Shown: in pieces, positions 59,634 through 64,000 of the stretch
How the letters are laid out: each line of letters begins with the position of its first letter
How positions within the stretch are numbered: the stretch's first letter is position 1
Assembly (NCBI GenBank): GCA_963820525.1
Contig: CAWGAA010000003.1
Coordinates: forward strand, 608,001-672,000
DNA length: 64,000 bases
DNA from: an uncultured Spirochaetota bacterium
GTDB lineage: Bacteria > Spirochaetota > Spirochaetia > SZUA-6 > Fen-1364
Direction: 5' to 3'
The notes under the pieces: generated by a model
Told to the model about the DNA's origin: nothing
What the model saw: only the letters and a program-made list of their open reading frames with translations
The model's database searches: none
Translations under genes and position numbers: made by a program

Positions 59634-61235
59634 CTAAGGTACTCGAATGCCTTTCGTTGATGGAACCGAGGGAGCGACAGGGGCGGAACCGCGTCCGCTC
59701 ATCACATCATTAAGATATTTCGTCAACGCATTAAGCAGCGTGGGCTGCTTGGTGACGACGACTGGGGAAAGCTGCTGGAAGCGCATATCTTCAGGAGTTC
59801 CCGGGAAGGACTCAGAAGACCCTACTGATGCGATAAACCCTGTCAGGCCACCGAAGCCGCCCGTATTGTAGAGATATTCGATAGTGTAGGTGTTGAGATA
59901 GAATTGGAAGTAATAGTTTGGATTGGAGTAGTAATAATAGCCTTCAATCCAGTTATCGGAGGAGTTGAAGCCGGTGTAGAGATGTGAGGAATACTTCCAA
60001 GCCACAAGAGAGCTTACTGAGCCACTTATGACCTGCTGAATTGTGTAATAACCGGTTGTATCGATCAGCAGCCTCATGTAATTATTGCCATCGCTGTAGT
60101 TAAAGATAACCCCATAGCCTTGTGTCGAATTGCCGCTCACCTTATGCATGAATGACGAGAGGGAAATTCCCGTAGACATGTAAGATCCAGTGATATACGC
60201 CAGAGCTACAGTGCCCAGTTTGGAGCTATCATTCGTTGCCCAGCGTATATAGCTGTTACCATCGTCTACCCATGCAATGGTTCCCGTGGGAACAGCGGAC
60301 ACATATGCAGACTTAGACGCGCTTGGGCCGGCGGAGTTCGATGCCTGCACTTTGTAGTAGTAGTAGGTTCCAAGAGCCACTAAGTTATCAGTGTAGTATG
60401 TTGAGCTGCCGGAATATACTTGGTTAGTGAACGACCCGCCAGAGCTCGTATCGCGGAACAGCTGATACGTGTCAGCGGTAGAAACCGAGTCCCAGCTCAA
60501 GGTCAATGCCGTCGCGGTGTTGCTGGATACATTAAGCCCGGTTGGGGTGTCGGGCGGCACGACACCACTTGTCGTCGTCCCGCTGACAGGTGGTGTTGAG
60601 TATGCGCTTGTCCCGTAGGTGTTTGAAGCGGCAACTTGATAGTAATAGGTTGTCGAGCTGCTAAGGCCGCTATCCGTAAAATACGTCGAGGCCCCAGTGT
60701 ATATCGTGCTGAAAGAACTGGGTGAGCCGATGGCCCGCTGTACAGTGTAGCTCGTTGCGCCAGAGGAGGCATTCCAGCTCACGTACAGCGATATTGAGGT
60801 TGGGCTTCCGACGGCAAGGCCGGTTGGAGTAGCCGGAGCTGACCCTCCCCCCGTGCTCGCCCATCCTTCGGCAGGGTTGCTTTTAGATCCTTCCTGATCT
60901 TTCGAGTTTACGCCAGAGACCTTGTAGAAGTAATGAGTCCCGGCGCTCACGCCCGTTCCGGTTATCACCGCGCCGGTAGTTGTTACGTCTCCGCTCAGCT
61001 GTGAGTAGAGTCCAGTCGCTGACGTCGCCTCATAGACGTAATACTTGACCGCATATTGGGCTGTATTCCAGGAGAGGTCGATCGCATCAGTCACAGTTCC
61101 CTGAGTCGCTACAAGCCCGGTCGGTGCTGCCGGAGTGGTGTCCTGCTCCTGCTGAGAACCCGCTTTCTTACAAGAAAGCGCAACGGAAGAAATGGATATG
61201 ATGATGATTGCTAACTTCAAAAGTCTCTTTTTCAT
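59634..61235 (-). CDS. FN3 repeat lipoprotein (3 FN3 + beta-sandwich domain), lower GC
   Basis: ALSC lipobox; PAAPTGL, PATPTGL and PDTPTGL repeats; Ser/Thr/Tyr-rich. Confidence 0.85.
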   Translation of the reverse strand: MKKRLLKLAIIIISISSVALSCKKAGSQQEQDTTPAAPTGLVATQGTVTDAIDLSWNTAQYAVKYYVYEATSATGLYSQLSGDVTTTGAVITGTGVSAGTHYFYKVSGVNSKDQEGSKSNPAEGWASTGGGSAPATPTGLAVGSPTSISLYVSWNASSGATSYTVQRAIGSPSSFSTIYTGASTYFTDSGLSSSTTYYYQVAASNTYGTSAYSTPPVSGTTTSGVVPPDTPTGLNVSSNTATALTLSWDSVSTADTYQLFRDTSSGGSFTNQVYSGSSTYYTDNLVALGTYYYYKVQASNSAGPSASKSAYVSAVPTGTIAWVDDGNSYIRWATNDSSKLGTVALAYITGSYMSTGISLSSFMHKVSGNSTQGYGVIFNYSDGNNYMRLLIDTTGYYTIQQVISGSVSSLVAWKYSSHLYTGFNSSDNWIEGYYYYSNPNYYFQFYLNTYTIEYLYNTGGFGGLTGFIASVGSSESFPGTPEDMRFQQLSPVVVTKQPTLLNALTKYLNDVMSGRGSAPVAPSVPSTKGIRVP

Positions 61236-61304
61236 AATAAACCTCCATTTACTGCAAAATCTTCGATGTTGAACCTTCTCTAGTATTAGCTGAGACCGGA
61301 TATG

Positions 61305-61332
61305 ATTATACCACAGCTCTTTTTGCTGTCAA
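61305..61332 (-). promoter_or_regulatory. Consensus sigma70 promoter for the FN3 lipoprotein
   Basis: TTGACA-N16-TATAAT with extended -10 TGn. Confidence 0.75.
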
Positions 61333-61448
61333 ATTATTTCGACAATTGCTGCGTTTTTTTCGAAATATCACGATTTTTTCGGCCGCCGAAACCGGCGAAC
61401 CGGGATTTGGAGTCCTGCTTTGCCGAAATGCTGTTCGCCGTCGGACAC

Positions 61449-62234
61449 TTAATCCCTCAGGAACCCCAGCACCTCGCGCAGGAAAGCGTCCGGAGCTCCC
61501 GACATGGCGGAGTGACGCTGGCCATCGAGCACCGCGACTCTACTGTAGTGAAGGTTTTCATGGAGCATGCCCACTGCGGCGCGAAGGGGAGGGGGGCTCT
61601 CGCTTCCCGTGAGAAGAAGGGTCGGCACCCTGAAGCCCGCAAACCGGGCCGGGTCGAACCGGTATGTGGAGCGCTCACGGGCCTCGCGGGGAAGAACACC
61701 CGAGATGGCCACCCGGGCCTTCCAGGAAGGGGAAGCCTTCGAGCGCTCGATCTCACCGTCCGACATCCGGATGACTTCTTTCAGGAAGGAGACCCATATA
61801 CCTTGCAAATCGCCCATCGAAAGCAGCTCCTCGACACGGGCCAGGAATTTCGAATCGTACATTTCCTCTCCAACGACGGTGATGGGGGGCTCGTAAAGGA
61901 TCATCTTTTTCACACGGTCGGTGCGCGCCGCAGCCTCCAAGGCGCATATCCCCCCAAAAGAGTGGCCCAGGAGGTAGACGGGAGCGCCCGCGGCTTCAAT
62001 AACGGCGAGGACGTCCTCGAACTCACGCTCAAGCTCGTAGCAGGGTGAGTCGCCGCTCTGTCCTCTGCCGCGCCGGTCCATGGTGTGCAGCCGGAAAGAC
62101 TCTCCCAGGGCCGCCGAGACCGATGCCCAGCGGAAGTGGGAATCTCCGGTGCCATGCACCAGAACGAGGGGAGCCCCCCTGCCGCTCACGCTGTACGCAA
62201 TGAGCGTCCCATCCTTCGATCGAGCGAATTCCAC
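61449..62234 (-). CDS. Alpha/beta hydrolase
   Basis: SKDGTLIAY, LVHG, DRRGRG, GHSFGG nucleophile elbow, GQRH. Confidence 0.9.
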   Translation of the reverse strand: MEFARSKDGTLIAYSVSGRGAPLVLVHGTGDSHFRWASVSAALGESFRLHTMDRRGRGQSGDSPCYELEREFEDVLAVIEAAGAPVYLLGHSFGGICALEAAARTDRVKKMILYEPPITVVGEEMYDSKFLARVEELLSMGDLQGIWVSFLKEVIRMSDGEIERSKASPSWKARVAISGVLPREARERSTYRFDPARFAGFRVPTLLLTGSESPPPLRAAVGMLHENLHYSRVAVLDGQRHSAMSGAPDAFLREVLGFLRD

Positions 62235-62251
62235 TCCTGCCCCCTGCTGCT

Positions 62252-63118
62252 CTACGCGGCGAGCGGCAGGCGCACCATCTCGGTTGAGATCTCCCACAGT
62301 CGCCGCATGCTCTGCTCATCAGAGGAGGCGGGAGAGGATGGGACCGCGCGGTTCTTCACGAAGTATTTGCCCGTCACGGCTTCAACCTCGGGAGAGCTTG
62401 CCAGGTAGATGCTGGTGCGCGCTCCCTCCTCCGGGCCGATGGCCCCGAAGCGCTGGGCCAGGAACATCGCCCCCCGCATGAAAGGGCCATTGTTCATGCC
62501 GAAGCCGGTGGCGACAAATCCGGGGTGAAGGGCATTTGCCGTGACGCCGGAGCCCGTCAGCCTGCGGGCCAGCTCGTAGGTGAAGAGGAGGTTCGCCAGC
62601 TTGGACTGGCCATAGGCGCGCCATCCGCTGTACCGCCGCCTGCCTTCCACGTCCTCGAAGCTCATCACGGCGCTCTCGTGCGCGTGAGAGGAGACGGTGA
62701 TCACGCGTGAAGGAGCCATGCGCTCAAGCGATTGCAAGAGGAGGTTCGTCAGGAGAAACGGCGCCAGGTGGTTGAGCGCAAAGGTCATTTCGATGCCGTC
62801 CACGGACTCCATCCACTTCTGGAAGAAAGCGCCCGCATTGTTGATGAGAACGTCCAGGCCGTCGTGCCGCGCTGCGAATTGCCGGGCGTCCGCGTGCACC
62901 TGCTGCCGGGATGAAAGGTCCGCCACAAGGAACTCCACGGAGGAGTTTCCCGTCTCCTCGACGATCCGGTCCCGCGTTGCCTCAGCTTTTTGGCGGCTTC
63001 GCGCCACAAAAACCATCGTGGCCCCCATGTCGGCCAGCTCCCGCGCCGTAACGAAACCGATGCCCGATGTCGCACCCGTTATGAGAACCACCTTTCCCAT
63101 CATGGTCTGAGCTTTCAC
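62252..63118 (-). CDS. SDR oxidoreductase (retinol dehydrogenase-like)
   Basis: TGATSGIG, LINNAG, YGQSK, LHPGFV; AAGGAG RBS before GTG. Confidence 0.9.
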   Translation of the reverse strand: MKAQTMMGKVVLITGATSGIGFVTARELADMGATMVFVARSRQKAEATRDRIVEETGNSSVEFLVADLSSRQQVHADARQFAARHDGLDVLINNAGAFFQKWMESVDGIEMTFALNHLAPFLLTNLLLQSLERMAPSRVITVSSHAHESAVMSFEDVEGRRRYSGWRAYGQSKLANLLFTYELARRLTGSGVTANALHPGFVATGFGMNNGPFMRGAMFLAQRFGAIGPEEGARTSIYLASSPEVEAVTGKYFVKNRAVPSSPASSDEQSMRRLWEISTEMVRLPLAA

Positions 63119-63221
63119 GATGTACTCCTTCAGCGCCGCGAAGCGACACGCCGCTTTTTCACGGCCGCAGCGCCTGGGTAGAAAAATAACCACGAACGCG
63201 CGCGCCGGAAACCGGCAAGAG

Positions 63222-64000
63222 TCATTCCTTCATATCCGAAAACCTGACCGAGTTTTTCCCTTCCCGCTTGGAAGCGTACATCAGGTTATCCGCCTTCTTG
63301 AGAAGCTCATCCGCATCCAGCCGGCAGCCGGCGCATGTCAGGACGCCGATGGAAAGGGTCATGGTCCAGCCGTTCTTCCTGGTCGCGCGGGCCAGCTTCT
63401 CTCGGATTTTGTTCACGGTCGTGCGCGCCGCTCTCGGGCCCGTCTCCGGAAACAGGAGCGCGAATTCGTCGCCGCCGAGCCTCGCCACGGTGTCGGTCTT
63501 TCGAAGATTGCGTCGGATCTCCTCGACGACGGCCCGAAGCACGCGGTCTCCCGTGTTGTGGCCGAAGTTGTCGTTCACCGTCTTGAAGTTGTCGAGGTCG
63601 ATATAGGCGATCGTGAATCTGCCTCCGTAGCGCTTCGAGCGTTCTAGCTCGGATTGCAGGATCTCCATGAAGTGGCGCGCGTTGAACGCCCCCGTCAGAA
63701 AGTCAACGCGGCTGAGGATCCGCTCGTGCTCCAGCGCATTCTTGAGCCGAACAAGCAGAAGCGTGACGACGATGAAGATGCCCAGGCGGATCACCGTGTT
63801 CCAATAGGGAACGATGAAATGCGAATACCTGTGTCCCGCCCCAAGATCGGCGGAGAGCCAGATGGCGGCGCTCATGACCGAGCTCGCGATTCCCAGCCGC
63901 CATCCCGCAAACCATGCCAGGAGCGCGATGGGAATGAGATAGAACAGGGAGAAGCCCAGTTCGTATCCCGTGGTGTAATCGAGGACGCCCACTATGGCGA
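63222..64000 (-). CDS. Membrane-anchored diguanylate cyclase (5' end may lie outside the window)
   Basis: TM N-terminus; DFLTG, DLDNFK.VND..GH..GD, RLGGDEF. Confidence 0.9.
   Translation of the reverse strand, partial: AIVGVLDYTTGYELGFSLFYLIPIALLAWFAGWRLGIASSVMSAAIWLSADLGAGHRYSHFIVPYWNTVIRLGIFIVVTLLLVRLKNALEHERILSRVDFLTGAFNARHFMEILQSELERSKRYGGRFTIAYIDLDNFKTVNDNFGHNTGDRVLRAVVEEIRRNLRKTDTVARLGGDEFALLFPETGPRAARTTVNKIREKLARATRKNGWTMTLSIGVLTCAGCRLDADELLKKADNLMYASKREGKNSVRFSDMKE

Overview
GC-rich, gene-dense bacterial window with about 55 CDS. No rRNA, tRNA, CRISPR array or transposase was recognised. The many lipoproteins, the omptin and the style of the large GGDEF protein tentatively suggest a free-living spirochaete (inference only). 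Contents in order: KamA-family aminomutase with a Ddl-like ATP-grasp gene; YhiN-like flavoprotein; hflX; MATE; UroD-like; larE-larB-larC with larB/larC apparently eroded; a STAS/SiaC-like, PhcB-like methyltransferase and PilZ trio; CcdA-like fusion; lspA; large GGDEF protein; argA; a broken ECF sigma factor; CAP lipoprotein; adenosine deaminase; a FecR/lipoprotein cluster; aldo-keto reductase; Clp1-like kinase; GH3; NadD-like; omptin; MalE-like; DUF3857-transglutaminase; CoA-activase; cydAB; phosphoesterase; a NarL regulator, MFS, glucose dehydrogenase and GH15 block; and a lower-GC block of FN3 lipoproteins. The most striking observation is a 6xFN3 lipoprotein whose papain-family (C1) protease domain is circularly permuted (catalytic order Asn...Cys...His, with an apparent internal propeptide). 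Four genes carry single-base lesions that may be sequencing errors. All family calls come from motif recognition, not database searches.
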